This document shows, piece by piece, positions 20,372-29,366 of a DNA stretch of 64,000 nucleotides (the first letter of the stretch is position 1; each line of letters opens with the position of its first letter). This DNA is from Bacteroidota bacterium. Lineage in GTDB: Bacteria; Bacteroidota; Rhodothermia; Rhodothermales; JBCDJV01. The DNA lies in NCBI GenBank assembly GCA_038747425.1, contig JBCDJV010000004.1, positions 35,692 to 99,691 on the forward strand, given 5' to 3'. A model generated the notes under the pieces. That model did no database searches, was not told the DNA's origin, and worked only from the letters and a program-made list of their open reading frames with translations. The position numbers and the translations under genes were made by a program.

Positions 20372-21829
20372 ATGAAAACGATTCTCATCGATCTGGCCTA
20401 CCTGGTGGCCGCCTCGCTCTTCATCTTTGGGATGAAGCGGCTGCAGTCTCCGGCCACCGCTCGCCAAGGCAACCAGTTGGCCTCCATCGGGATGCTGGTG
20501 GCGGTGGTGGCCACGTTGTTTCTCTATCAGATTCTGACGCCCGTCGAGATGGTGCTCGGCATCGTGGTGGGCAGTGGGATCGGGACCTTGCTGGCCCGTC
20601 GGGTGGAGATGACCTCTATGCCCGAGCTGGTGGCGGCCTTCAATGGCTTCGGCGGACTGGCTTCGGCGTTGGTGGCGGGTGCCGAGGTGGCCCGCTACCT
20701 GGCTCCGGCCCCGTCGGCCGGCCTGGCTCAGGTGGCGGCCGTGAGCACGGAACCGTTCACCGCCAGCGTGGCCATCACGGCGCTGTTGAGCGTCTTGATC
20801 GGGACCGTCACGTTCTCGGGGAGCTTCGTGGCGTTTGGCAAGCTGAAAGGGACCATCTCTGGCAACCCCGTCAGCTTTCCGGGCATGCGCTTGCTCACGG
20901 TGCTGCTGGTGTTGGGCAGTCTGGCCGCCTTTGCCTGGACGCTGATGCATGCCAGCGCCTTCCCAGAGACGCCGGGGCCGGTGATTCAGGCCAGCCTCGG
21001 TCTGTTCGGATGTGCCTTGCTACTGGGCGTGCTGCTGGTCATTCCCATCGGCGGGGCGGACATGCCGGTGGTGGTGGCCCTCCTCAACTCGTACTCCGGC
21101 CTCGCCGCCGCCGCCACCGGCTTCGTGCTGGACAACACCGCGCTGATCGTCTGCGGTGCTTTGGTGGGGGCCTCGGGGCTCATCCTGACCACCATCATGT
21201 GCGAGGCGATGAACCGATCCTTGCTGAACGTGCTCATCGGCGGATTCGGTGGCGACGCGGCGAGCGGCGGAGGCTCTGCGGCGCAGCTCGAAGGCCGCAC
21301 GGCCCAGTCTACCACTGCGGACGATGTGGCCATCATGATGGCGTATGCCGACCAGGTGGTCATCGTCCCCGGCTACGGGATGGCCGTGGCCCAGGCGCAG
21401 CATCAGGTGCGTGAGCTGTCTGACCTGCTGCAGGAGAAGGGCGTCCGGGTCAAGTACGCCATCCACCCCGTGGCCGGCCGCATGCCCGGCCACATGAACG
21501 TCCTGCTTGCCGAGGCCAACGTGCCGTACGACCAGCTGTATGAGATGGACGACATCAACGGCGAATTCGACACCACGGACGTGTCCCTCGTCATTGGCGC
21601 CAACGATGTGGTCAACCCCGCCGCCCGGCACGACACTGCCAGCCCTATCTACGGGATGCCTATCCTGGATGTGGATGCCTCGCGCAACGTCATCATCCTC
21701 AAGCGTAGCATGCGGCCCGGGTACTCGGGTGTGCAAAACGAACTCTTCTTCGCCGACAACACGCAGATGCTCTTCGGCGATGCCAAGGATTCCCTCGGCG
21801 CCTTGGTGAGTGAAGTCAAAGCGCTGTAA
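20372..21829 (+). CDS. pntB: NAD(P) transhydrogenase subunit beta
   Basis: It has a polytopic N-terminus plus the dIII domain (GYGMAVAQAQH, ANDVVNPAA). ATG 20372 was chosen within ORF 20189..21829. Confidence 0.9.
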   Translation: MKTILIDLAYLVAASLFIFGMKRLQSPATARQGNQLASIGMLVAVVATLFLYQILTPVEMVLGIVVGSGIGTLLARRVEMTSMPELVAAFNGFGGLASALVAGAEVARYLAPAPSAGLAQVAAVSTEPFTASVAITALLSVLIGTVTFSGSFVAFGKLKGTISGNPVSFPGMRLLTVLLVLGSLAAFAWTLMHASAFPETPGPVIQASLGLFGCALLLGVLLVIPIGGADMPVVVALLNSYSGLAAAATGFVLDNTALIVCGALVGASGLILTTIMCEAMNRSLLNVLIGGFGGDAASGGGSAAQLEGRTAQSTTADDVAIMMAYADQVVIVPGYGMAVAQAQHQVRELSDLLQEKGVRVKYAIHPVAGRMPGHMNVLLAEANVPYDQLYEMDDINGEFDTTDVSLVIGANDVVNPAARHDTASPIYGMPILDVDASRNVIILKRSMRPGYSGVQNELFFADNTQMLFGDAKDSLGALVSEVKAL

Positions 21830-21948
21830 GGACGGCCGCCGTTACGGCCCGCGCAGAGCGCCGTGACGGTGCATCCCGGTGCGTGGACCTGCGTAGCCGT
21901 TCTTCAACGGTTCATTACAGACTGACTGGATCGGGCCAGGCTGACGGC

Positions 21949-21974
21949 CGTTGCTCTCTCTCGTTGCTCTCTCT
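21949..21974 (+). repeat. perfect tandem 13-mer, 2 units (CGTTGCTCTCTCT)
   Basis: The units lie at 21949-21961 and 21962-21974, 23 nt upstream of the hemolysin III start. Confidence 0.85.
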
Positions 21975-21996
21975 GACCAGACCTGCCGCGTACGCC

Positions 21997-22647
21997 ATGA
22001 GCGTTTCCGGAACGCAAACCGTCGCCGAGGAATGGGCCAACAGCCTCACCCATGGCCTGGGGTTCGTGCTGAGCTTGATTGGCGTGGGCCTTCTGGGGAT
22101 GGAGGTGCTGCGTCCAGAGGCCACGCCCTGGCACATCACGGGCGCGTGGGTCTACGGCGGCGCGCTCGTCTTTCTCTACGCGGCTTCCACGCTGTTCCAC
22201 AGCGTGCGCAGTCAGCGCCTGAAGTTTGTGTTCCAGGTGATCGACCATGTGGCCATCTTCGTGATGATCGCTGGCAGCTACACGCCGTTTGCGCTGGTGG
22301 TACTCCGCGATACGATGGGGTGGACGATGTTGGGGCTGGCCTGGTCGATTGCCCTCGTGGGCATCGTGTACAAGATCTGCTCGCGCCACCGCTTCAAGGC
22401 CCTCTCCACCCTGCTGTACGTGGCGATGGGATGGATGGCGGTGTTGTTTCTGGAGCCGCTGTTCCAGGCGTTGCCGGCGGCTGGCATCTGGTGGCTGGTG
22501 GCCGGAGGCCTGTCCTACACCGTGGGGGTGGTGTTCTTCGTATGGGAGCGCCTCCCATTCAGCCATGCCATCTGGCACGTGTTCGTCCTGATCGGCAGTG
22601 TGTGCCACTTCGTGGTCATCTGGAAGTACGTCCTGGCCTTGCCGTGA
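21997..22647 (+). CDS. hemolysin III / PAQR family membrane protein
   Basis: It has seven hydrophobic segments and the motifs NSLTHG and HAIWHVFVLIGSVCHF. The start is ATG 21997. Confidence 0.85.
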   Translation: MSVSGTQTVAEEWANSLTHGLGFVLSLIGVGLLGMEVLRPEATPWHITGAWVYGGALVFLYAASTLFHSVRSQRLKFVFQVIDHVAIFVMIAGSYTPFALVVLRDTMGWTMLGLAWSIALVGIVYKICSRHRFKALSTLLYVAMGWMAVLFLEPLFQALPAAGIWWLVAGGLSYTVGVVFFVWERLPFSHAIWHVFVLIGSVCHFVVIWKYVLALP

Positions 22648-22652
22648 CGCCG

Positions 22653-24191
22653 TCACCCAGCCCAGGCTGCTCGGTCCAGAGAGCGGTACTGCACCGCTTC
22701 GGACACGTGCGCGGCGCAGATGGCTTCGTGCCCGTCGAGATCGGCCAGGGTACGGGCCACCTTGAGGATGCGGTTCAGGGCCCGGGCGCTCAGGCCCAGC
22801 GCCTCCATGGCCCGCGCCAGGAGCTGGTGGCCTGCGTCATCCGGACGGGCGTGCCGACGGACCAGGGCCGACGTCATCTGGGCGTTGCAGTAGAGGCCGG
22901 GCTCGGTGCGGTACCGGTTGAGCTGGCGTAACCGGGCCTGCTCAACCCGCGCCCGGACGGTGGCTGAGGTCTCGGCGGGCTGAGGATGCTGCAAGGCCGC
23001 GAAGGGTACCGGTGTCACCTCTACATGCAGATCGATGCGATCGAGCAGTGGACCGCTGATTCGATGGAGGTAGCGCTGCACCTGAGCCGGCGTACAGACG
23101 CAGGGGCGAGCGGGGTCATTGAGATGCCCACACGGGCAGGGGTTCATCGAGGCGACGAGCATGAAGCGGGCGGGGTAGCGCACCGACGACCGAGCGCGGC
23201 ACAGGTCGATGTAGCCCGCTTCCAGGGGTTGCCGCAGCACCTCAAGCACCGAACGTTTGAACTCGGGGAGCTCATCCAAAAACAACAGGCCATGGTGGGC
23301 CAACGAGATCTCGCCGGGCCGAGGCGGGGAGCCGCCTCCACAAAGCCCGGCATCGCTAACGGTGTGATGCGGGGCTCGGAACGGTCGCTGAATGGCCAGG
23401 TCCGCCGGGTCCATCAGGCCACCGACCACGGAGCGGATGGCCATCGTCTCCAAGGCCTCGTCGGCGGTGAGGGGCGGGAGGAGGCCGGGCAGGCGCTTGG
23501 CCAGCATGGTCTTGCCGGCCCCTGGGGGGCCGATCATCAGCAGGTTGTGTCCACCGGCTGCCGCCACTTCGAGTGCGCGCTTCACGAGGCCTTGCCCGCA
23601 CACATCGGCGAGATCAGGAGCAGACGGAGCCCGCGCATCTTGCACGGCTGGGGTGGGCCTACCGGGAAGGGGTGGAGCCGCTCCGCGCAGATAGGCCAAC
23701 GCCTCGTGGAGGTGGGCCACCGGAATCACCTGGAGGTCACCCACCAGGGCCGCCTCCGAGGCATTGGCTGCTGGGACCATAAGACCAACCTGGCCCTGTT
23801 GGCGAGCCTGCAGGGCCATGGGAAGCACTCCGCGGACGGCGCGAACCCGGCCGTCTAGCGCCAGCTCACCCAGGAAGGTGTGCCGGGTCAGGCGGTCGGT
23901 GGCCAGGTCGGGCTGCGAGGCGGCCAGCAGGCCGAGGGCGATGGGGAGGTCGAAGGCGGCGCCCTCCTTGCGCACGTCGGCCGGGGCCAGGTTGATGGTG
24001 ATGGCCCCACGCGGCCGGGGCACGTCGCTGTTCTTCAGCGCGGCGAAGATGCGGTCTCGGCTCTCGCGGACGGCACCATCGGGCAGTCCTACGACGGTAT
24101 AGCGCGGCAGGCCGGGCTCGATGTGCGTCTCAATGTCGATGGGGAGGGCGCCTACGCCGAGGGGCGCACTGCTGCGTACGTGGCTGAACAT
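22653..24191 (-). CDS. comM: YifB/ComM family Mg-chelatase-like ATPase
   Basis: It has GPPGAGKTMLAKRLPGLLPPL and LFLDELPEF, with a Lon-like N-terminal domain. ATG 24191 was chosen. Confidence 0.9.
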   Translation of the reverse strand: MFSHVRSSAPLGVGALPIDIETHIEPGLPRYTVVGLPDGAVRESRDRIFAALKNSDVPRPRGAITINLAPADVRKEGAAFDLPIALGLLAASQPDLATDRLTRHTFLGELALDGRVRAVRGVLPMALQARQQGQVGLMVPAANASEAALVGDLQVIPVAHLHEALAYLRGAAPPLPGRPTPAVQDARAPSAPDLADVCGQGLVKRALEVAAAGGHNLLMIGPPGAGKTMLAKRLPGLLPPLTADEALETMAIRSVVGGLMDPADLAIQRPFRAPHHTVSDAGLCGGGSPPRPGEISLAHHGLLFLDELPEFKRSVLEVLRQPLEAGYIDLCRARSSVRYPARFMLVASMNPCPCGHLNDPARPCVCTPAQVQRYLHRISGPLLDRIDLHVEVTPVPFAALQHPQPAETSATVRARVEQARLRQLNRYRTEPGLYCNAQMTSALVRRHARPDDAGHQLLARAMEALGLSARALNRILKVARTLADLDGHEAICAAHVSEAVQYRSLDRAAWAG

Positions 24192-24308
24192 GCGAGCGAA
24201 GGAAGAGCAAAGGGTCTTCCTGCGGACGCACGGGGCCCGTGGCTGTAACGTGGGAGTGGAAGCCTGCGCGCAGTCGCCCAACGCGCCCTCTCTCACCTTC
24301 TGACCCTC

Positions 24309-26681
24309 TTACGCAATCACCCCAGAGGCGTGCTCGGTCTCTGACTCCTGGAGCCGGGCCAGGGAGGCTTCGAGCTCGTCGAGCGTGATGACGACGTTGG
24401 TCTGGGGGTCTACCTGCCCGAAGGTGAGGACGCCGGTGGGGCAGCTTTGGACACAGGCCGAGCAGCGGACGCACTCGGGGTCTTCCATGGGAAGGCCTTT
24501 CTGGGCAAAGCTCATCACATCGATGCCCTGGTGGCAGACGCTGGTGCAGACGTTGCACGAGATGCACTTCTTCTTGTCGGCCAGGATGCGGAAGCGGCTG
24601 AACCGGGCGTAGACGTGCATGAGGGCGGCCAGCGGACACATGAACCGGCACCAGAAGCGGCCGCTCATCCAGAAATAGACCCCATAGCCCAGGGTGCCCG
24701 CCAGAAAGACATCGACCACCCAGAAATAGTTGAAGTCGATGCCCATGACTTGGCCGAACATCACCTGGTTGTAGGCTTGTTCGAACCAACTGCCGCGCCA
24801 CACCCAGCCCAGGATGCGCCACGTCAGGATCAGGAAGGCCAGTCCTAGGATCACCTGTCCAACCAGGTTGAGCTTGTTCCACCCCGGGCCGTGGGGCATC
24901 TTATCCCGGTGGGCATCGCCCAGGGTTTCGGCCAAGGCGCCGCACGAGCAGATCCATCCACAGTAGGCGCCCTTGCCGTAGTAATAGATGAGGCCGGGGA
25001 TGATCACGAAGGTCTGCACGAAGCAGATGCCGATCCACCACCACAGCGGATCCTGCGTGAACACGTTGTAGACGTTGAGGGGCCAGGCCAGGATGAGGCC
25101 GTAGGCGCGCCAATACTCGCGTCCGTGCGCTGCGTAATCGACGGCCGGGAAGAGCGCATCCAGGAAGCCGGTGGGGAGGAGGCCGTTCTTGCCGAGGAAG
25201 GGCAGCAGCAACTCCGGCAAGAGGAAGAGGGGCAGGACCTGGATGGCCATCAGGGTCAAGGTCTGCACCTTGATGTAGGGCGTCTTGCGGCGCCGTATGC
25301 GCTGGGCGCCAAAGGAGACCACAATGGCCGAATAGGCCAGGGTATACCAGAACGAAGGCGACTGCGCGGACAGCAGCAAGATGCCGAGGACCGAGTTGGG
25401 ATCAGACACCAGGCCGCTGAGCCAGAAGGGAAAGGCGTTGGCTTCTTGGCCAATCTGGTACAGCGTCCCCTGCTTGGTCCAGTTGTAGACGGCCGCCATG
25501 AAGAAAATAAACGCCGACATCGCGCCGATACGCCGCCAGTTGACCTGCCGGAGGACGTCGCCATCGAGACGTGGGAGGGCCTTCAGGGCCTGTACGAAAC
25601 CCACAGACCCCCAGTCGTTGCGAAGCTGAATGCCTGAGCGCCGGAAGAAGTCGAGGGGGGCCTCGCGCCCGATCATGGCGAAGACGCGGTCTACCTCCAG
25701 CTCGACATCGCCTTCGGTTGTGCGGAGGACGGCCCGTCCTTCGTCGATCCGTTTGACTTGAGAGCCTAGCTGCAGGGTACAGCGACCCCCGTTGGGCCCT
25801 CCGTAGGCGGCCACGCCATGGACGCGGTCCACATTCTCCGGTTTGGGGCGGGTGAGGGTGTCGCGGCGGTAGGAGAGCGTGACGTCGGCCCCGGCCTCGG
25901 TCAGGGCTACGACCACCTCGGCGGCCGAGTCGCCCCCGCCCACCACCAGCACGCGCTCATGGGCATACTCGGCGGGATCGTGGAGGCGGTGGTGAACCAT
26001 CTCCAGGTCTTCACCGGGAACGCCAAGCGAGCGGTAGTTGCCACTCCGCCCAATGGCCACGACGACGCGCTGGGTGGACAGCTCCTCTCCAGACTTGAGG
26101 ACCACGGCCAGGTCAGACCCTGTGCGCCGAATTCGCTCCGCTTCGGCGTCACGGACCGGTAGGTCTTCGGTCTGGGCCTCCAACTCCTCGACCAAGGCCT
26201 CCTTGACGCTCGCCGTGACGGTCAGCTCGCCGGCGGGCTCCATCGCGACCGGGTACGTGTAGATGGGTTTGCCGACCTGGAAGTCCTTGATGGTGGCAAA
26301 TTTGCGCTGGCTTTCCAGCACCACGAACGAGAGGCCCTGACGCTGGGCTTCACGGGCGGCGGCCATGCCCGAGGCGCCCGCGCCGATGATGACCACATCC
26401 ACCACGCCGGCCGTGCCATCGCCGCCGAGGGGGGTGAACGAGGAATCCGCTACGATGTCTCGGATGGCCCGCGTGCCGTTGTCCAGCGAAAACTTGAGCA
26501 GGGGGATCCCGGCCAGGTCGCCCACGACGTACACGCCCGGGACGTTGGTGCGGAAGCGCTCATCCACGCGAGGTAGCTTCTCGACACCACCAGCGGGCCA
26601 CTGGAGGTGCAACCAATGAGCGAAACGGGAGAGGGGGTTCATGCGTGAGGCCGCATCTGAGGGGGAGGCCACGTTGAACAT
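24309..26681 (-). CDS. fusion protein: pyridine-nucleotide-disulfide-oxidoreductase-like flavoprotein + NapH-like polytopic Cys-motif module + 2x[4Fe-4S] ferredoxin domain
   Basis: The motifs are TNVPGVYVVGDLAG (aa 45-58), VVIIGAGASG (aa 96-105), VLVVGGGDSA (aa 244-253), CGWICSCG, CRFMCPLAAL, CISCNVCTSVCH and CVRCSACVQSCP. Confidence 0.8.
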   Translation of the reverse strand: MFNVASPSDAASRMNPLSRFAHWLHLQWPAGGVEKLPRVDERFRTNVPGVYVVGDLAGIPLLKFSLDNGTRAIRDIVADSSFTPLGGDGTAGVVDVVIIGAGASGMAAAREAQRQGLSFVVLESQRKFATIKDFQVGKPIYTYPVAMEPAGELTVTASVKEALVEELEAQTEDLPVRDAEAERIRRTGSDLAVVLKSGEELSTQRVVVAIGRSGNYRSLGVPGEDLEMVHHRLHDPAEYAHERVLVVGGGDSAAEVVVALTEAGADVTLSYRRDTLTRPKPENVDRVHGVAAYGGPNGGRCTLQLGSQVKRIDEGRAVLRTTEGDVELEVDRVFAMIGREAPLDFFRRSGIQLRNDWGSVGFVQALKALPRLDGDVLRQVNWRRIGAMSAFIFFMAAVYNWTKQGTLYQIGQEANAFPFWLSGLVSDPNSVLGILLLSAQSPSFWYTLAYSAIVVSFGAQRIRRRKTPYIKVQTLTLMAIQVLPLFLLPELLLPFLGKNGLLPTGFLDALFPAVDYAAHGREYWRAYGLILAWPLNVYNVFTQDPLWWWIGICFVQTFVIIPGLIYYYGKGAYCGWICSCGALAETLGDAHRDKMPHGPGWNKLNLVGQVILGLAFLILTWRILGWVWRGSWFEQAYNQVMFGQVMGIDFNYFWVVDVFLAGTLGYGVYFWMSGRFWCRFMCPLAALMHVYARFSRFRILADKKKCISCNVCTSVCHQGIDVMSFAQKGLPMEDPECVRCSACVQSCPTGVLTFGQVDPQTNVVITLDELEASLARLQESETEHASGVIA

Positions 26682-26921
26682 GTAGGATTACAGGGCCAAA
26701 GAAAACACAGGTACTCGGCTTTGTGCGACAACATACAGGGACGTTACACCGTGTGCGGGATCGCCCGGGCGTTGCTCACATGCGCACAAAGCTGGCCTCG
26801 ACCCGCTCTGGAGCTTGCGCAGCGCCTGCGTGAGAGGCAGCGAACCCACCGGAAGGGGGGACCTGCACCGCGTCGAAGCACGGGCAGATCTGGGATGGCG
26901 GCGCGCGCCGTGGGTATGCCC

Positions 26922-27113
26922 TTACGAGGCCGCGGCGGCCGAGCCTTCAACGAGCACCAAGGTAGCGTACTGGTAGCCGGCTTCCACACGCTCGGTGCGT
27001 TCGTCAACCACCACCCACCCTTCACGCAGTAGACGCTGCATCCATGGGTGCCGGTGTGGGTCGGTGTTGGGCTCAATCCGGATATGGACCAGGGTGGACC
27101 GGGTGGGTATCAT
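26922..27113 (-). CDS. small hypothetical protein (63 aa)
   Basis: It is an ATG-initiated ORF with GC-rich third positions, in an otherwise non-coding ~730-nt stretch. I recognise no family. Confidence 0.35.
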   Translation of the reverse strand: MIPTRSTLVHIRIEPNTDPHRHPWMQRLLREGWVVVDERTERVEAGYQYATLVLVEGSAAAAS

Positions 27114-27414
27114 GGAGCCGGGCAGATAGGTGAGTGCGAAGGGGCAAACACAGTGGCCACAGCGCCCTTGTTTGAAGAATAGATAAACAAGAGGTGAATT
27201 AACAGGAAAGTAGCAGAAAAAAGTCCGACGAGGTTGTGACGTGGATCTGGGTCAGCAGGAGGGGAACTTTGGCGTACCCCCTCGGCGACCTGGGCGCATA
27301 GGGGTGGCGTGCAAACTGCCTCACGAGACGCGGATCAGGCTTGTGGTCATGGGCCCGCTGCGAGGTATCGTGGCTACGGATCGGGTTCCACCCATCGATC
27401 TTAGTCCACGGCTT

Positions 27415-27639
27415 ATGACTCGTTTTCCCCGTCGCGTGCGCTTGGTCCTGCATCTGCTCAGTGCCTGGTTGATGGCTCTGGCTGTGGGCATTAGCTATGC
27501 GTGGCGTCTGCATGCCCATCAGGACACCGATCCGCATTTTGCAGGCCTGTTGATGCTGCTTGGTGGAGTCGGCACGCTGACCGTGGTGGCGTGGGGTTGG
27601 TGGCAGTCCGGACGTGCTCTACGCCGTAGCAAGGAGTAG
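27415..27639 (+). CDS. small hypothetical two-helix membrane protein (74 aa)
   Basis: It starts at ATG 27415 and has two hydrophobic segments (LVLHLLSAWLMALAVGI; LLMLLGGVGTLTVVAWGWW). Support is weak. Confidence 0.3.
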   Translation: MTRFPRRVRLVLHLLSAWLMALAVGISYAWRLHAHQDTDPHFAGLLMLLGGVGTLTVVAWGWWQSGRALRRSKE

Positions 27640-28317
27640 ATGGCGGGCCTCTGGGCCTTCGTTGAACAAGAGGTCCAGCGCCGAGAGATCGGGGACGAAG
27701 CCTTCAAACACTTGCCGATACGTGGGGCTGTTGAATGAGAAGGGGCTGACCGGTGCCACGGCCCCCTGATCGTGGCGCCACGCCGACGCTGGGCTTAGCA
27801 GCACCGCGTCGGCGGGTAGATCCAGCCGCGTGAGCAGGTCGGCCAGCGACGCACCAGCGCCGGGTGTGGGGGCGTCGGCCACGAGGGCCGAGGCGACGAT
27901 CAACTGGCTGCTCAGTCCGAAGGCTTCATGGAGGAACGTGACGGTCTGGCTCGTGAAGGGGCCCAAGGTGGGCGGGGCAGACTCCAGCAACGAGGCCAGG
28001 GTGGACTCGAAGTACTCGAAATAGGGTGAACTGCGGTAGTTGTAGGCCAGCGCGCGCCCATGGGAGCGCGCCCAACGTTCCCGGTGTTCGATGGCCACTT
28101 GGCGGATAGGACGTCCGTGCTGGTGGGCCTGGAGCGGAATGGTGATCCACTGGCGCCCTTGCGGGGTGCGCAGGCGCGCCCGGTTTTGGAAGGACTGGCG
28201 GCTGTACTGAAACGTGTCTGCCACCACGAATACATCGGCCTGCGCCATGAGTGCGCAGTACGGAAGGCCCGGAAAGTACTCGGGCGGGCGGATGGCCACA
28301 GTGAGGGGGGCAGGCAT
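27619..28317 (-). CDS. WbqC-like family protein
   Basis: Its N-terminal pattern VAIRPPEYFPGLPYCALMAQADVFVVADTFQYSRQSFQNRARL resembles the WbqC family. The start is ATG 28317. Confidence 0.65.
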   Translation of the reverse strand: MPAPLTVAIRPPEYFPGLPYCALMAQADVFVVADTFQYSRQSFQNRARLRTPQGRQWITIPLQAHQHGRPIRQVAIEHRERWARSHGRALAYNYRSSPYFEYFESTLASLLESAPPTLGPFTSQTVTFLHEAFGLSSQLIVASALVADAPTPGAGASLADLLTRLDLPADAVLLSPASAWRHDQGAVAPVSPFSFNSPTYRQVFEGFVPDLSALDLLFNEGPEARHLLLATA

Positions 28318-28505
28318 GGGCGTCGGAGAGGGAGAACGGGATGCGGGCCACGATACCAGGCAGCGCGGGGGAAAGCGAGGCAGGGGTAGGCGGTCGAGGA
28401 CTTGTTTCAACTTTTTCCTATCGCCGCTGGGCCTATGCCTTGTTAGTCCGCGGTGGTGGGCTTTTTTTGAGAACCATCCCAGCCTCGCCCCTGCACCCCC
28501 TCTGC

Positions 28506-29366
28506 ATGCTAGCCTCCACCGATCTGCACACGGATTCCTCGCGCCTCTCCTCCTCCGCGCTCGAGCGTCCGCTTCGCCTGGGCCTCTACGTGTTCGCCGG
28601 GTCCATCCTCTTCAGCTTAGCGGGCACCCTGTTGCTCCTGGTCTGGCCTCCGCTGGTCGCCACCTTTGGGCCCTACTACACGACGCTAGTCAAAGCGCCC
28701 ACATGGACGTACATGGTCCTTCTGGCCGCCCTACCCATCTTGATGTACCTCCCCATCCTGGGGGGCCGGAAGATGCTATTCTTCATCGGTTGGGGCGCGG
28801 TGATCGGCGGACTCAGTGAATTGATTGGGACCACCACAGGCTACCCGTTTGGCGAGTATGCCTACACCCACTGGTTGGGGCCACGGCTCTTTGGACACGT
28901 GCCGTATTTCATCCCGTTCTCGTGGTTTGCCATGGCCTTGATCTCGCTGGATCTGGCGCGGCGCATCAGCCAGAAGCGCGTGATGCGGGTTGTTATCGCT
29001 GCGCTCTTCATGGTGCTGTGGGATGTCTCTCTGGATCCCGCCATGAGCCACGCTTTCCCCTTCTGGCAGTATCCGAATGGTGGCTTCTACTACGGGATGC
29101 CGTTCTCGAACTGGGTAGGCTGGTTCGTGGTCTCGTTGGTCATCATCGGGGGCTATGAATGGTTGGGCGGCGGATTGTCGGCCACCAGTCCCTGGGCGCC
29201 CATGATGTACCTGCTCAACGGCCTCTTCCCGTTCATGCTGTGCCTGGTCTACGGCTTCTATCCCGCCTTCTTCTTCGGCGCCTTGGCCACGTTGGTGCCG
29301 CTGGTGCTCACGCGCACCCACACCCAGCTGCTCGCCCCCTTCCAGCGAACCCCCACCCCCGCCTGA
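28506..29366 (+). CDS. cruF: carotenoid biosynthesis membrane protein (PF04240-type; CruF-like carotenoid 1',2'-hydratase)
   Basis: It is a polytopic protein with GYPFGEYAYT and FPFWQYP-type motifs. It lies immediately upstream of crtB and is coupled to it by a TGATG overlap. Confidence 0.7.
   Translation: MLASTDLHTDSSRLSSSALERPLRLGLYVFAGSILFSLAGTLLLLVWPPLVATFGPYYTTLVKAPTWTYMVLLAALPILMYLPILGGRKMLFFIGWGAVIGGLSELIGTTTGYPFGEYAYTHWLGPRLFGHVPYFIPFSWFAMALISLDLARRISQKRVMRVVIAALFMVLWDVSLDPAMSHAFPFWQYPNGGFYYGMPFSNWVGWFVVSLVIIGGYEWLGGGLSATSPWAPMMYLLNGLFPFMLCLVYGFYPAFFFGALATLVPLVLTRTHTQLLAPFQRTPTPA

Noticed and set aside
27205-27330. Possible RNase P RNA because of AAAAGTCCG and GCATAGGGGTGGCG, which resemble the P4 and CAUAGGGCAGGGUGCC regions.
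   Set aside because: The other universally conserved blocks (the GGGUGAAAGGGUGCGGUAAGAGCGCACC-like and ACAGAACCCGGCUUA-like segments) are absent, and the spacing does not fit.
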